Origin: Chthonomonadales bacterium
GTDB lineage: Bacteria > Armatimonadota > Chthonomonadetes > Chthonomonadales > CAJBBX01
DNA length: 64,000 bases
Direction of reading: 5' to 3'
NCBI GenBank assembly: GCA_037443035.1
Contig: JBBIPC010000021.1
Coordinates: 1 to 64,000 of the forward strand
Positions 51,850-64,000 of the stretch are shown one piece after another (the first letter of the stretch is position 1; each line of letters opens with the position of its first letter). Below the pieces are notes generated by a model. That model was given only the letters and a program-made list of their open reading frames with translations, searched no databases and was not told the origin of the DNA. A program made the translations under genes and the position numbers.

Positions 51850-53376
51850 TCACGCTTCCGTTTCCTCGACTTCGGCAGGTATCTCCGTTGCCTGTGCGCA
51901 AGCCTCGAGCATCATCTTGCTGATCTTGACTTTGCGTGGAATGCGGATGGGATAGCGACCGTCGAAACACGCACTGCAAAACACGCTGGCAGGGCGCTTG
52001 ATCGCCCGGATGACGCCTTGTAGCGAGAGATACGCCAGCGACGTGGCCCCGATAAGCTCCCGAATCTCTTCGATGGACTTGCTGGCGGCGACGAGTTCCT
52101 TGCGGTCGGCCATGTCAATGCCGTAGAAACAAGGGAACTTGACCGGCGGGGACGTGATCCGCACATGGACTTCGCGGGCGCCTGCCTCGCGCAGCATGCG
52201 CACGATTTTGCCGGTCGTCGTACCACGGACAATGGAATCGTCCACCATGACGATGCTACGACCTTCGATTGTCTCCCGGAGTGGGCTGAACTTCATCCGT
52301 GCACCCTGGTGCCGCATGCGGTCATCTGGGTTGATGAAGGTCCGCTGGATATACCGGTTCTTGACAAGCCCTTCGCCGAATCGAATGCGGGAGGCTTCGG
52401 CGTAGCCCAGGGCCGCCGGCATAGCCGAGTCGGGAATAGGAATGACGATTTCGGCGCCCTTCGTTGGGGCCTCGGCCGCGAGCTCTGCTCCCATCCTTCT
52501 TCTGGCCTCGTAGACCGTCTTGGCGAAGAACTTGGAATCGGGGCGGGCGAAGTAGATGAACTCGAAGACGCAGAGAGCATGGCGCTTCTTGGGCTGGATC
52601 TGGAGGACCCGTGGTTCGCCTTCGCCGAAGATGACCGCCTCGCCGGGCTCAACATCTTCGCTATAGGTGCCGCCCACGACGTTCAGGGCGCAGGACTCGG
52701 ACGAGACGATGTAGCTCTCCGTGCCGAGGTGGCCAACACAGAGCGGACGGATACCGTAAGGATCGCGGGCAGCGATGAGGCGGTCGCGAGTCATGATGAG
52801 CAGCGAATAGGCACCGTGGAGCTGCGGCAGGACATGACAGAGAGCGCCTTCGAGGCCGCGGTCCATGGCGCGTGCCAGCATGACAGCGATGACCTCGGAG
52901 TCGTTCGTGCTCTCCAACCGTACCCCGTCCTTCAGTAGCTTCTCGCGAAGAACGTGCGCGTTGACGAGATTGCCGTTGTGTGCCACAGCGATGTCGCCCA
53001 CGACGCTGGTGCAGCATATGGGCTGTGCGTTGGCCACCGTCGAGGAACCCATCGTGGAGTACCGTGTGTGTCCAACGGCGATATGAGCTGGCCCGAGCCT
53101 GTGTAGGTGGTCCTCGTCGAAGACTTGGCTGACCAGACCCATGGCCTTGTACATGGCAACGCGCGAGCCGTCGGCGGTGGCGATGCCTGCGCTCTCCTGG
53201 CCACGATGCTGCAGGGCGAAGAGGCCGAAGAAGGTGATGCGGGCTACGTCCTCGCCCGGACCGTATACACCGAAAATGCCGCACTCTTCGCGTGGTCCGC
53301 CCTCCAGCTCTTGGCCTGGCCACACGGGAGGCGTCACTGGCCCGTCCCCGCCGAGGGCATCTCTGCCCGCACGCAC
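51850..53376 (-). CDS. purF: Amidophosphoribosyltransferase
   Basis: Motifs EECGIFG, LQHRGQE, GHTRYST, HNGNL and VDDSIVRGTT. Start is uncertain. Confidence 0.97.
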   Translation of the reverse strand: MRAGRDALGGDGPVTPPVWPGQELEGGPREECGIFGVYGPGEDVARITFFGLFALQHRGQESAGIATADGSRVAMYKAMGLVSQVFDEDHLHRLGPAHIAVGHTRYSTMGSSTVANAQPICCTSVVGDIAVAHNGNLVNAHVLREKLLKDGVRLESTNDSEVIAVMLARAMDRGLEGALCHVLPQLHGAYSLLIMTRDRLIAARDPYGIRPLCVGHLGTESYIVSSESCALNVVGGTYSEDVEPGEAVIFGEGEPRVLQIQPKKRHALCVFEFIYFARPDSKFFAKTVYEARRRMGAELAAEAPTKGAEIVIPIPDSAMPAALGYAEASRIRFGEGLVKNRYIQRTFINPDDRMRHQGARMKFSPLRETIEGRSIVMVDDSIVRGTTTGKIVRMLREAGAREVHVRITSPPVKFPCFYGIDMADRKELVAASKSIEEIRELIGATSLAYLSLQGVIRAIKRPASVFCSACFDGRYPIRIPRKVKISKMMLEACAQATEIPAEVEETEA

Positions 53377-53406
53377 TGGTTCATGCTCATAGGTTCGGAC
53401 GTGTCC

Positions 53407-55662
<2,256 letters not shown>

Positions 55663-55886
55663 AATGGTCCTCCCGATGCGGTGCGTAGAGCGCAGAAAAA
55701 CACGCGATGGGAAAGGCGCCCTCCAACCCACCGGCCTTTCCCGTCTCAGCTAACAGTATATCGCAAGGAGCGGTCCAGAATCAACGCGAATGACGCAATC
55801 AGGCAGTCTGCGGCGTATACTGTACTGAGCCTGCGCGGCGGGCTTGGACCGGCCACTCGGGCCGAAAGGGGGACACCTGAACAGGG

Positions 55887-56246
55887 ATGGATACACCTGA
55901 AGTCATGGAAGCACCGATCACTTTCTCGGAGCGGGCGGCGGCGGAGATCAAGGCCGTGCTCGAGCGTGAGAACCGTGCCGACGACGCTCTGCGAGTATAC
56001 ATTGCGGGTGCGGGCTGCTCCGGCCTGCAGTACGGGATGGGAATCGAATCGGAGATTGGCGACGACGACACCGAGTTCATGCAGCATGGGCTTCGGGTTG
56101 TGGTGGATAACCAAAGCTTGCAGTATATGCGTGGTTCTTCCGTAGAGTTCGTCGAAGATCCGCAGGGGGGCGGCTTCCGCATTGACAACCCGAATGTGCC
56201 CAGCGGTTGCTCGACCTGTGGTTCGGGCTGTGGCTGCGGCGAATAG
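55887..56246 (+). CDS. A-type Fe-S cluster carrier (HesB/IscA/ErpA family)
   Basis: Motifs LRVYIAGAGCSGLQYGM, FRIDNPN and CGCG. Confidence 0.9.
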   Translation: MDTPEVMEAPITFSERAAAEIKAVLERENRADDALRVYIAGAGCSGLQYGMGIESEIGDDDTEFMQHGLRVVVDNQSLQYMRGSSVEFVEDPQGGGFRIDNPNVPSGCSTCGSGCGCGE

Positions 56247-56251
56247 CGCGG

Positions 56252-57091
56252 TTGCTTGTCTGGGCGTGCATCGCTCCCCACGGTGGGGAGGTAATACCTG
56301 AACTGGCGGGTGACAGTCCCGAGAGGATGGCTGTCACCCGTCGTGCTATGGAAGAACTCGGGCGACGATGCAAGCTGGCCAGGCCCGAGACGCTCATCGT
56401 TTTCACACCCCACGGACTCTGTATAGAGAATAGCATCTCCCTCAGCATGGCGGTGCTCGGTGCCGGCTACGTGGATGGTGAGAACGGTGTGCGCATTGCC
56501 ATGCGCTTCGTGATGGACCGGCCCCTCGCTGACGCCGTAGGGGAAGAGGCCGAGAGACGGCGGGTGCGCGTCGCCATGGTCGGCTTTCGGCCCGACGGGG
56601 CGCCGATCCCGTTGTTCCCTCTGGACTGGGGTGTGCTCGTTCCTGCCTACTTCCTCGGCGCGCAGTGGCAGACGCCGCCGAGGCTCGTGGTCGCCTGTCC
56701 CGATCGGTCTCTGCCCCGCAAGGCGCTCCTGGACTTCGGCGAAGCAGTCGTGCACGCCGCAGCCCGGACGGGACGCCGGATCGCCATCGTCTGCAGCGCC
56801 GACCAGGGCCACGGCCACTCACCTGAAGGGCCATACGGCTATGCGCCGCAATCAGCCCCACATGACCAAGCGTACTGCCGCGCCCTTCGCGATGACGCAC
56901 TCGAGAGGTTGCTCAGCTGGAGGAACGACCGCATCGAGGCTGCCATGACGGACAGTTATTGGCAGACGCTCATGCTCCTAGGGGCGCTGCGCTCGGTGCG
57001 CTTGAAGCCCGAACTTCTCTCCTATGAAGCACCGACCTACTTCGGGATGGCGTGCGCTGCGTTCGAGCGGGAAGGGAGCTTCCTCGCATGA
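56252..57091 (+). CDS. LigB/Memo-like (class III extradiol dioxygenase fold) protein
   Basis: Motifs IAPHG, TPHG, LDWGVLVP, SADQGHGH and SYEAPTYFG. Start is approximate. Confidence 0.8.
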   Translation: MLVWACIAPHGGEVIPELAGDSPERMAVTRRAMEELGRRCKLARPETLIVFTPHGLCIENSISLSMAVLGAGYVDGENGVRIAMRFVMDRPLADAVGEEAERRRVRVAMVGFRPDGAPIPLFPLDWGVLVPAYFLGAQWQTPPRLVVACPDRSLPRKALLDFGEAVVHAAARTGRRIAIVCSADQGHGHSPEGPYGYAPQSAPHDQAYCRALRDDALERLLSWRNDRIEAAMTDSYWQTLMLLGALRSVRLKPELLSYEAPTYFGMACAAFEREGSFLA

Positions 57092-57828
57092 GCATGAAAT
57101 CGTCGGAACGGATCATCGTGGCTCTCGACGTCCCATCGGCCAGCAACGCGGTGGACCTGGCCAAAGCCCTGCGTGACCACGTTGGAGCCGTCAAGGTCGG
57201 ACTGGAGCTGACGCATGCCGCCGGGTTTGGAGTCTTCGATGAACTCCGCGCTGCAGGCGTGGAGCGGATCTTCTACGACTGCAAGCTCCATGACATTCCG
57301 AATACCGTTGCAGGAGCTACCCGGGCCATCGTGAGCCGAGGTGTGTGGATGATGAACGTGCATGCCTCGGGTGGCAGTCGGATGATGCGCGCCAGTGTGG
57401 ATGCCGCTGAGGATGCCGCTAGATGCGCGTCTCTGCAGCGTCCTCTCATTATCGCGGTGACGCTGCTGACGAGCCTGACGCCCCTGGATCTGGCCGTGGA
57501 AATGAGGGTGGACAGTTCCACCGTGGACTACGTACGGCAGATGGCTGTGCTGGCCAAGTCCAGCGGATGCGATGGTGTGGTCTGCTCTCCGCAGGAGATC
57601 GGCACTGTTCGCTGGGCGTGCGGTCCCGAATTCGTCATCGTAACGCCCGGTGTTAGGCCCCATTGGGCTGATCCTGGTGACCAGCGGAGATACATGACGC
57701 CTGCCGAGGCGGTACGAGCAGGTGCAGATTACTTGGTCATTGGCCGTCCAATTACGGGTGCAGCCGACCCGGTCATGGCCGCCACACGCGTCGCGGAGGA
57801 AATGGAAGCCGCGTTGGAGCCAGGGTAG
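57088..57828 (+). CDS. pyrF: Orotidine-5'-phosphate decarboxylase
   Basis: Motifs IVALD, KVGLEL, DCKLHDIPNTV, VTPGVRP, DQRR and VIGRPI. Confidence 0.97.
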   Translation: MSMKSSERIIVALDVPSASNAVDLAKALRDHVGAVKVGLELTHAAGFGVFDELRAAGVERIFYDCKLHDIPNTVAGATRAIVSRGVWMMNVHASGGSRMMRASVDAAEDAARCASLQRPLIIAVTLLTSLTPLDLAVEMRVDSSTVDYVRQMAVLAKSSGCDGVVCSPQEIGTVRWACGPEFVIVTPGVRPHWADPGDQRRYMTPAEAVRAGADYLVIGRPITGAADPVMAATRVAEEMEAALEPG

Positions 57829-57893
57829 TACTTCCCAACGAGCTGGTGCTGGCACGACGTGGCCAGGCGAGCTGTTGCGTGAACAGAAAGCGA

Positions 57894-57919
57894 ACGGCCC
57901 CTCTCGAAAGAGGGGCCGT
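57894..57919. terminator. Hairpin between convergent pyrF and htrA
   Basis: 11-bp stem ACGGCCCCTCT-CGAA-AGAGGGGCCGT. Confidence 0.7.
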
Positions 57920-57947
57920 CATGTCTAGGTTGGGTCGAGGTGACGGC

Positions 57948-59453
57948 TCAGGGCAGTTCCACGGACACCAGAGTACTGGACTTTCCTCGACGCACCACGA
58001 GACTGATGGGACCAGACTTCGCCTTGGTGAGGATGTTGGCAAGATCGTTGGGCGAGGTGATCCGCGTTCCGTCGGCGCGGACGATGACATCGCCCGGCTG
58101 GATGCCAGCTTCATCTGCAGGGCTACCGGCTTCGACTTCCACGACAACTACGCCCTGACGGACGTCATCCAGCTTGTACTGCCTGGCTGTTTCCGGTGTG
58201 ATGGCCTCGACCTTCACTCCTATCTTGCCCGTGCCCTCGGAGCGCGTCGTGTCGGACGCGGAGGCGAGCTCGGGTGCTTCCTCCAACTTCGCTCTGACGG
58301 TAATCTCCTTCCCGTCGCGCTTGACGACAAGCTCCACCGTGTCGCCTGGGTGGGCTTCGGCGATCTTGTTGCGGAAGTCCACGTCGTCCTCTACCTGCTG
58401 GTTGTTCACTTTCAGGACGACGTCTTCCACCTGGAGACCGGCCTTCTCTGCAGGCGTGCCTGCGCTCACGCTCTGAAGGAGCGCACCACCCTTCGGTACA
58501 TGGTATTTCTCGCGCTGAGCGGGCGTCAGCGCGACTGGCACGACACCGAGGAAGCCTCGGGTCACTTTGCCCTTCGTGATGAGCGCCTCCATGGTCCGCC
58601 GAGCAGTATTGGAGGGGATGGCGAACCCGATGCCGACGTTCCCGCCAGTCGGCGATGCAATAGCCACGTTAATGCCGATGACCCTGCCCTGGACATCCAC
58701 AAGCGGACCTCCGGAGTTACCCGGGTTGATGGACGCGTCAGTCTGGAGCAGCTCAGGATAGTACCGGCCCTCTTCGCCACCGCCGATTGCCTGTTGCCGC
58801 TTGCGGGCGCTGATGATGCCGAGTGTCATGGTGTCGTCCAGCGAAAGCGGAGCGCCGAATGCCAGGGCCCACTGCCCCACACGCACTTTGCTGGAATCGC
58901 CGAAATCCACCGTGGGCAGGTTGCTAGCGTTGATCTTGACCACGGCTATGTCGCTGCGGAAATCGCGTCTCACGGTGCCACCGAACTCGCGACCGTCCGC
59001 AAGTTTGACCGTGACCTTGTCAGCACCTCCGACTACATGATCGTTGGTGATGATCCAACCGTCGGAGCGAACGATGGCGCCGCTGCCGCCCCCCTCCGTG
59101 CGGAACTGGCGGGGGACGAAGCGCTGACCAGGCACGTCGAATCCGAAGCCGCGGAACAGGTCCTCGAAGTCAGGCACGGCCTGGCCCATGGTAACCGTCC
59201 GGCGCGCTCGAATAGAAACCACGGCGGGCAGAACTCGTTCGCCGATGGCGACAAAGCCATCTTCGAGAGCGCTGAGACTGGCCGTGCGCTGCGCCAGTTG
59301 TGCGGCGCTGATTCGGTTAGCCGGATTGGATGCCACTTTGTCCGCGGCCAGCGATGGACGCGTGACTACGGACGCTGTCAATGCGCAGCCCATGAGGAAG
59401 GCTGCCAGAACTATGGCGTAACGTGCTTTGGGTTGTGCCCAGATGTCTTTCAT
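57948..59453 (-). CDS. htrA: HtrA/DegP serine protease with two PDZ domains
   Basis: Motifs TNDHVV, DIAVVK and QTDASINPGNSGGPL, followed by two PDZ domains. Confidence 0.95.
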   Translation of the reverse strand: MKDIWAQPKARYAIVLAAFLMGCALTASVVTRPSLAADKVASNPANRISAAQLAQRTASLSALEDGFVAIGERVLPAVVSIRARRTVTMGQAVPDFEDLFRGFGFDVPGQRFVPRQFRTEGGGSGAIVRSDGWIITNDHVVGGADKVTVKLADGREFGGTVRRDFRSDIAVVKINASNLPTVDFGDSSKVRVGQWALAFGAPLSLDDTMTLGIISARKRQQAIGGGEEGRYYPELLQTDASINPGNSGGPLVDVQGRVIGINVAIASPTGGNVGIGFAIPSNTARRTMEALITKGKVTRGFLGVVPVALTPAQREKYHVPKGGALLQSVSAGTPAEKAGLQVEDVVLKVNNQQVEDDVDFRNKIAEAHPGDTVELVVKRDGKEITVRAKLEEAPELASASDTTRSEGTGKIGVKVEAITPETARQYKLDDVRQGVVVVEVEAGSPADEAGIQPGDVIVRADGTRITSPNDLANILTKAKSGPISLVVRRGKSSTLVSVELP

Positions 59454-59586
59454 GGTCGCAATCCACCTCCTGAGTGTCTAGCTGTGCAGCTCGGATTGCA
59501 TGGCGATTCTCGATTCCTGCATACGCACGACGGATTCGTAGGGGTTCCCCGGCCTCGGATGGCTACCCAAGGGGTTGCCACCCGCT

Positions 59587-60525
59587 TCAGGCACGTCCAT
59601 GGCGCCTCGATGCAAAGGTTCGGGTCAGTTCCACGTCCGCGTGCATCTGCTGCACAAGCTCGTCGAGCGTGCGATAGCGCACCTGATCGCGAAGGCGATG
59701 CAAGAACTCCACCTCCAGCTGCAGGCCGTACAGATTGCCGCTGAAGTCGAGTATGTAGACCTCGAACACACGGTCTTCGCCGCCAACGGTTGGTCTGGTC
59801 CCGATGCTGCAGGCACCCGGGAGCTGGAAATCGGCACCACGCACTACCGTGGCGTATACCCCGTCAGCCGGAAGTGTCTGGCGCGGCGGAATCCCGAGGT
59901 TCACTGTCGGAAAACCCAGCTTACGGCCCATGCCTGCGCCGCGTTGGACAGTCCCTGCCAAGGCATACGGCCTACCGAGCATGCTCGCCGCTGCCTCTAC
60001 TTCACCACTGAGCAGGGCCTCACGAACCCGGGAACTGGACACGGGCGATCCATCCACGACTACCAGAGGTTCCACGTGCACAAGGAAACCCAACCGACTG
60101 CCGATGAGGCGTAGAACCTGCAATGTGCCGGCGCGGCCGCGTCCGAATGCGAAACCTTCTCCTACGTGTACCGATTGTGCATGAAGACCATCCACGAGCA
60201 CGACCTGGCAGAACTCCTCGGGGCTGAGGTTCCGGAGCCCCTCGTCGAAGGCTACGACCACAAGGGCGTCCACTCCCAGACCCTCCATCATGATCTCTCG
60301 CTGCGTGGGAGTGGTGAGAAGGGTTGGCGCACGTGGGGGATCCAGAACCTCCATGGGGTGCTTGTCGAAGGTGAGGACCGCAGCCGGAAAGCCGAGCATT
60401 CTCGCACGTGCGATAGCGGAGCGCACCAGTGCCTGATGGCCGAGATGCACACCATCGAACGTGCCTATGGCCACACAGCAAGGTCCTAGCTCGTGCGCCT
60501 CGCGCAATGTTCGGAAGATCCTCAC
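59587..60525 (-). CDS. ribF: Bifunctional riboflavin kinase/FAD synthetase
   Basis: Motifs GTFDGVHLGH, VSSSRVR, GRKLGFPTVN and GTRPT. Confidence 0.96.
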   Translation of the reverse strand: MRIFRTLREAHELGPCCVAIGTFDGVHLGHQALVRSAIARARMLGFPAAVLTFDKHPMEVLDPPRAPTLLTTPTQREIMMEGLGVDALVVVAFDEGLRNLSPEEFCQVVLVDGLHAQSVHVGEGFAFGRGRAGTLQVLRLIGSRLGFLVHVEPLVVVDGSPVSSSRVREALLSGEVEAAASMLGRPYALAGTVQRGAGMGRKLGFPTVNLGIPPRQTLPADGVYATVVRGADFQLPGACSIGTRPTVGGEDRVFEVYILDFSGNLYGLQLEVEFLHRLRDQVRYRTLDELVQQMHADVELTRTFASRRHGRA

Positions 60526-61481
60526 GATCGGACCTCGTTCAGGGAGCAGTCGCCAGGCTTCGCAGACAGTCCGCAGCGGAGGAGTTTTCGAGGCTGCATG
60601 ATGTCATCCATGCTTTCTGCGATCCAGAGGTACGTTCCGTCAGGCGACTGCAGCAACGCATGTGGCAGATGCGTTCCCTGCCTAGTCCAAGTGACGACCT
60701 CGCGCGGAACCGCCTTCCCGCGGAGAAGATAATCCGCCGTCGCAGTGTCCACAGTGCCGAGAGGCCAGTCCCGAAGAACATCCGTCACTGGCATGAGGCG
60801 GTGGCATGTGTCCACCGGCTCGGCGTCTGCTAGGGTGAATGGACCCACGCGCACTCGGCGTAGCGATGCCAGGGTGCCTCCGACGCCTAGCGCTCGCCCC
60901 AGATCTGCAGCGAGCGTGCGAATATAGGTGCCAGAAGAACAGAGGATCCGTGCAACAACACGCGCCGTTGTCCCGGGCTCGAAATCGAGCATCTGCATAT
61001 CGTGGATCACGACCTGCCTCGGGTGTCTCTCGGCGACAATCCCACGACGTGCCAGCTTGTAGAGCCGTTTGCCAGCTACTTTCACTGCAGAGAACATGGG
61101 GGGTGTCTGCTCGATGGCACCTCGGAACGCGGCAATGGAAGCGCGAACGCAAGCCTCGCCGATGGCGCTTGCGTCCTGGCGTGCAACGACGGTGCCAGAC
61201 GTATCTTCGGTGTCCGTGGCGACTCCCAGGAGGATCTGGGCGACGTACTCCTTTGGCTCATCAGGAACGTACGCCGCGACACGTGTAGCCGCGCCAACAC
61301 AGAGGACGAGTACACCGGTTGCAATGGGGTCCAGTGTGCCTGTGTGGCCGATGCGCTTGGTGTCGAAACGACGGCGGAGCATGTTCACTACATCGTGGGA
61401 GGTCACACCTGCAGGCTTATCCACCACCACGACGCCGCAGGGACCGGCAGAGGTAGCGTGTTCAGCGATATCCTGCGTCAT
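60522..61481 (-). CDS. truB: tRNA pseudouridine(55) synthase
   Basis: Motifs DKPAGVTSHDVV, GHTGTLDP, PPMFSA and CSSGTYIRTL. Confidence 0.97.
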   Translation of the reverse strand: MTQDIAEHATSAGPCGVVVVDKPAGVTSHDVVNMLRRRFDTKRIGHTGTLDPIATGVLVLCVGAATRVAAYVPDEPKEYVAQILLGVATDTEDTSGTVVARQDASAIGEACVRASIAAFRGAIEQTPPMFSAVKVAGKRLYKLARRGIVAERHPRQVVIHDMQMLDFEPGTTARVVARILCSSGTYIRTLAADLGRALGVGGTLASLRRVRVGPFTLADAEPVDTCHRLMPVTDVLRDWPLGTVDTATADYLLRGKAVPREVVTWTRQGTHLPHALLQSPDGTYLWIAESMDDIMQPRKLLRCGLSAKPGDCSLNEVRS

Positions 61482-62380
61482 ACATGGTTTCGCAACGCAG
61501 CAAGGATCGCCTCGACTGCCTGGTCTAGTGGCATTGCCAAGGTGCAGCCGGCCGCGGCCCGGTGTCCACCGCCTCCGAACTTCTGGGCGACTGCGCTTAC
61601 GTCAGCCTCACGACGCGAGCGAAGGCTCACCCGGACCTTGCCCTCAGGAAGCTCTCGCAGCAGGACGCCCACTTCACTGCCGCGTACAGCGCGGATGTGG
61701 GTAACGATCCCCTCGGTGTCCTCGTCGCTGGCGCCGAGTTCTGCGAAGTCCCGGACGGTCAAGACCGACCACGAAACCCTTCCATCGTGTGTCATCTGGA
61801 GGGCATCCAACGCCCTCCCGAGAAGCTTCAAGCTCTCCCACGATCGTGTCTCGAATACCAGCTCGCTGATTGCGGCTGGACAGGCTCCGTAGCGCATGAG
61901 CGCAGCTGATACGCGGAACGTGGCCGATGTAACGTTCAGGAAGCGATAGGAGCCTGTGTCCGTAACGATCGCGCAGAGCAGGCAGTCGGCAATCCGCCTG
62001 TCGAAGGGAGCCCGCATATCCCTCAAGAGCGAGTAGACGAGTTCTCCCGTTGCCGCTGCTCGTGGATCTATGAGCCGTACCCGACCGAACGAACCGTTAC
62101 CCTCGTGATGGTCAATGACCAGCACATCGGCGGCGTCTTCAGCAAGCCGACCGACGTTGCCCAATCGCTTCGGACTGGACGCGTCGCAGACGATCGCGAG
62201 GTCGAACGGACCCTCCGCACTCGGTGCCAGCTCGTCCGCGCCAGGCAGCCATCTGTAGATCTCGGGCACACCGTCGGCAGACACGGGGACTACGGTCTTG
62301 CCAAGCGCTCGCAGGGCGTGGGTGAGCGCGAGGGTGCATCCCAGCGAGTCGCCATCCGGGTTCTCATGGCCTGCGACCAT
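61478..62380 (-). CDS. nrnA: DHH-family bifunctional oligoribonuclease/PAP phosphatase
   Basis: Motifs HENPDGD, IDHH, TDTG and GGGGH. The true start may lie about 60 nt upstream, overlapping the rbfA end. Confidence 0.9.
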   Translation of the reverse strand: MVAGHENPDGDSLGCTLALTHALRALGKTVVPVSADGVPEIYRWLPGADELAPSAEGPFDLAIVCDASSPKRLGNVGRLAEDAADVLVIDHHEGNGSFGRVRLIDPRAAATGELVYSLLRDMRAPFDRRIADCLLCAIVTDTGSYRFLNVTSATFRVSAALMRYGACPAAISELVFETRSWESLKLLGRALDALQMTHDGRVSWSVLTVRDFAELGASDEDTEGIVTHIRAVRGSEVGVLLRELPEGKVRVSLRSRREADVSAVAQKFGGGGHRAAAGCTLAMPLDQAVEAILAALRNHV

Positions 62381-62414
62381 GATCCTCTCGGCTTGCCGAA
62401 TCGCTGCGGCAGCC

Positions 62415-62786
62415 TCACGAAGTCTCTGTCTTCGAGGAACCGGTCTCAGCCTCGATCTCCTTCAGCAGTTCATAGATGCGCATACCACGCTCGATCCCCT
62501 CATCCGGAAGGAACACGATCTCAGGTGCCACACGGAGGCGCGCCCGCCTAGTGAACTCCCCCCGGAGGTAGCCAGAAACCTTCTTCAGGGCAGCAAGGGC
62601 TGCATGGCGTTCCTCTTCGGTCCCGTGGACAGATACATATACCCGCGCATAGCTGAGGTCGCGGGATATCTCTGCGTCCGTTACGGTAACCCCGGCCAGC
62701 CGCGGATCCTTCATGTTCCGGCGCAGCATGTCACTGAGTTCCTGGACCAGAAGCTGGGCCACTTGTTCTTGGCGTATCGTAGACAT
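62415..62786 (-). CDS. rbfA: Ribosome-binding factor A
   Basis: Motifs KDPRL, DLSYARVYVS and LRVAPEIVFLPD. Confidence 0.95.
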   Translation of the reverse strand: MSTIRQEQVAQLLVQELSDMLRRNMKDPRLAGVTVTDAEISRDLSYARVYVSVHGTEEERHAALAALKKVSGYLRGEFTRRARLRVAPEIVFLPDEGIERGMRIYELLKEIEAETGSSKTETS

Positions 62787-62823
62787 TGTAGTATCTATCT
62801 CTCAGGATCGGTCAACGCCGACC

Positions 62824-63102
62824 TCACAGCATCTCCACGGCAACTTCGCAGACGATGGCGTCCGCGTCGGCTTCCATCACAGCACGGACACCCTCTAGAA
62901 CGCGGTGCACATGCGCCACATCGTTCGATAGGCATACCACGCCGACGGTGGCGCGTTGGTGCAGATCCAGGTCATCCAGCTCCGCGATGGAAACGTTAAA
63001 CTTCCGGCGTATGACCTCCACGAGACCGCGGATGACCTGCCGCTTATCTTTCAAAGACCGTGCCTGCGGAATGTGCAGGGTGACGGTCATGAAGCCGATC
63101 AC
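62824..63102 (-). CDS. ylxP: DUF503 (YlxP-like) protein
   Basis: Motifs SLKDKRQV and KFNVSIAE; lies between infB and rbfA. Confidence 0.9.
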   Translation of the reverse strand: MIGFMTVTLHIPQARSLKDKRQVIRGLVEVIRRKFNVSIAELDDLDLHQRATVGVVCLSNDVAHVHRVLEGVRAVMEADADAIVCEVAVEML

Positions 63103-64000
63103 TCAGGCTCGACCCTGCGGTTCTCGAAAACTTCGATGGTATCCCCGACCTTGAAGTCGTTGAAACCGTCCATCATGATGCCACACTCGAAACCCTGGGC
63201 CATCTCCCGGACATCGTCCTTCAGGTGCCGAAGCGAGTCTACCCGCCCGGCGAAGACGACCTTCTTGGCGCGAACTACCCGGGCCTCGGCATTGCGTACA
63301 ACCTTACCCTCCGTTACGTAGCATCCCGCGATAACCGCACCGCGCGGCGTCCGGAATGTGGCACGCACCTCTGCCTTACCGAGAGGCACCTCCTCGTACA
63401 CCGGTGCCAACATGCCCTTGATGGCCCGTTCGATGGCGTCGGTCAGCTCGTAGATGACCTGGAACGTCTTCACGTCCACGTGCTGACGTTCCGCCGCCGC
63501 CTGCGCCATCTGATCCGTGCGGACGTTGAAACCTAGCACAATCGCCTGGCATGCAGCAGCCAGTTGGACGTCGTTCTCCGTGATATTGCCCACGCCGGTG
63601 CGCAAGACCTTGACAGCCACGCTCTCTTGAGGGAGGTTCTCCAATGCCCCGACGACTGCCTCCACAGAACCCTGGACGTCCCCCTTGACGACAACCCGAA
63701 GCTCCGTAGCCTCCCCCTTGCGCAGACCCTCGAGCACTTCCTCCAGAGAAAGGTTGCGGGACCGTTGGAGATTCGCTTCTCGCTGCTGTCGCGTGCGCGT
63801 ATCGGCAATCTGTCGGGCGCATCGCTCGTCGGAGACGACCTCCAGACGATCTCCCGCCTGAGGCACCCCCGAGAGTCCCATGATCTCCACGGGCATCGAA
63901 GGTGTCGCCTTGGCGACGCGCTCGCCACGCTCCGTGGTCATGGCTCTTATCTTGCCGTGAACCGTGCCGCACACGACGCAATCGCCGACGCGGAGGGTTC
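63099..64000 (-). CDS. infB: Translation initiation factor IF-2 (C-terminal part; continues beyond the window)
   Basis: Motifs KGDVQGSVEA, GFNVR, IAGCYVTEG and SLRHLKDDVREMAQGFECG. Confidence 0.97.
   Translation of the reverse strand, partial: TLRVGDCVVCGTVHGKIRAMTTERGERVAKATPSMPVEIMGLSGVPQAGDRLEVVSDERCARQIADTRTRQQREANLQRSRNLSLEEVLEGLRKGEATELRVVVKGDVQGSVEAVVGALENLPQESVAVKVLRTGVGNITENDVQLAAACQAIVLGFNVRTDQMAQAAAERQHVDVKTFQVIYELTDAIERAIKGMLAPVYEEVPLGKAEVRATFRTPRGAVIAGCYVTEGKVVRNAEARVVRAKKVVFAGRVDSLRHLKDDVREMAQGFECGIMMDGFNDFKVGDTIEVFENRRVEPE

Noticed and set aside
57846..59744. 632-aa + strand ORF
   Set aside because: Antisense shadow of htrA in GC-rich DNA with no recognisable motifs.

Overview
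A GC-rich bacterial chromosome segment made up mostly of core genes. Gene content suggests a diderm Terrabacteria lineage, probably Armatimonadota (inference from an SLH/OmpM-like porin, csaB, lpt genes, DUF3084, a PEP-CTERM protein and a TpiA insertion). It carries eno, mfd, pdhABC, gap-pgk-tpiA, rlmN, an lptC/A/B/FG cluster, steA/steB-like genes, purL/F/M, pyrF, htrA, the infB-ylxP-rbfA-nrnA-truB-ribF operon and two tRNAs (Ala-UGC and probable Ile2-CAU). The most unusual element is at the left edge: a perfect 52-bp tandem array of truncated tRNA-Ala copies whose anticodon arm is replaced by a REP-like palindrome, running directly into the intact tRNA-Ala. Other points of interest are a switch-like anti-RBS leader on the SLH-porin gene, an orphan BrxA-like gene, a large SprA-motif beta-barrel beside csaB, and a decaying ClC gene with a large in-frame deletion. 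All family assignments come from motif recognition by eye; no searches were run.
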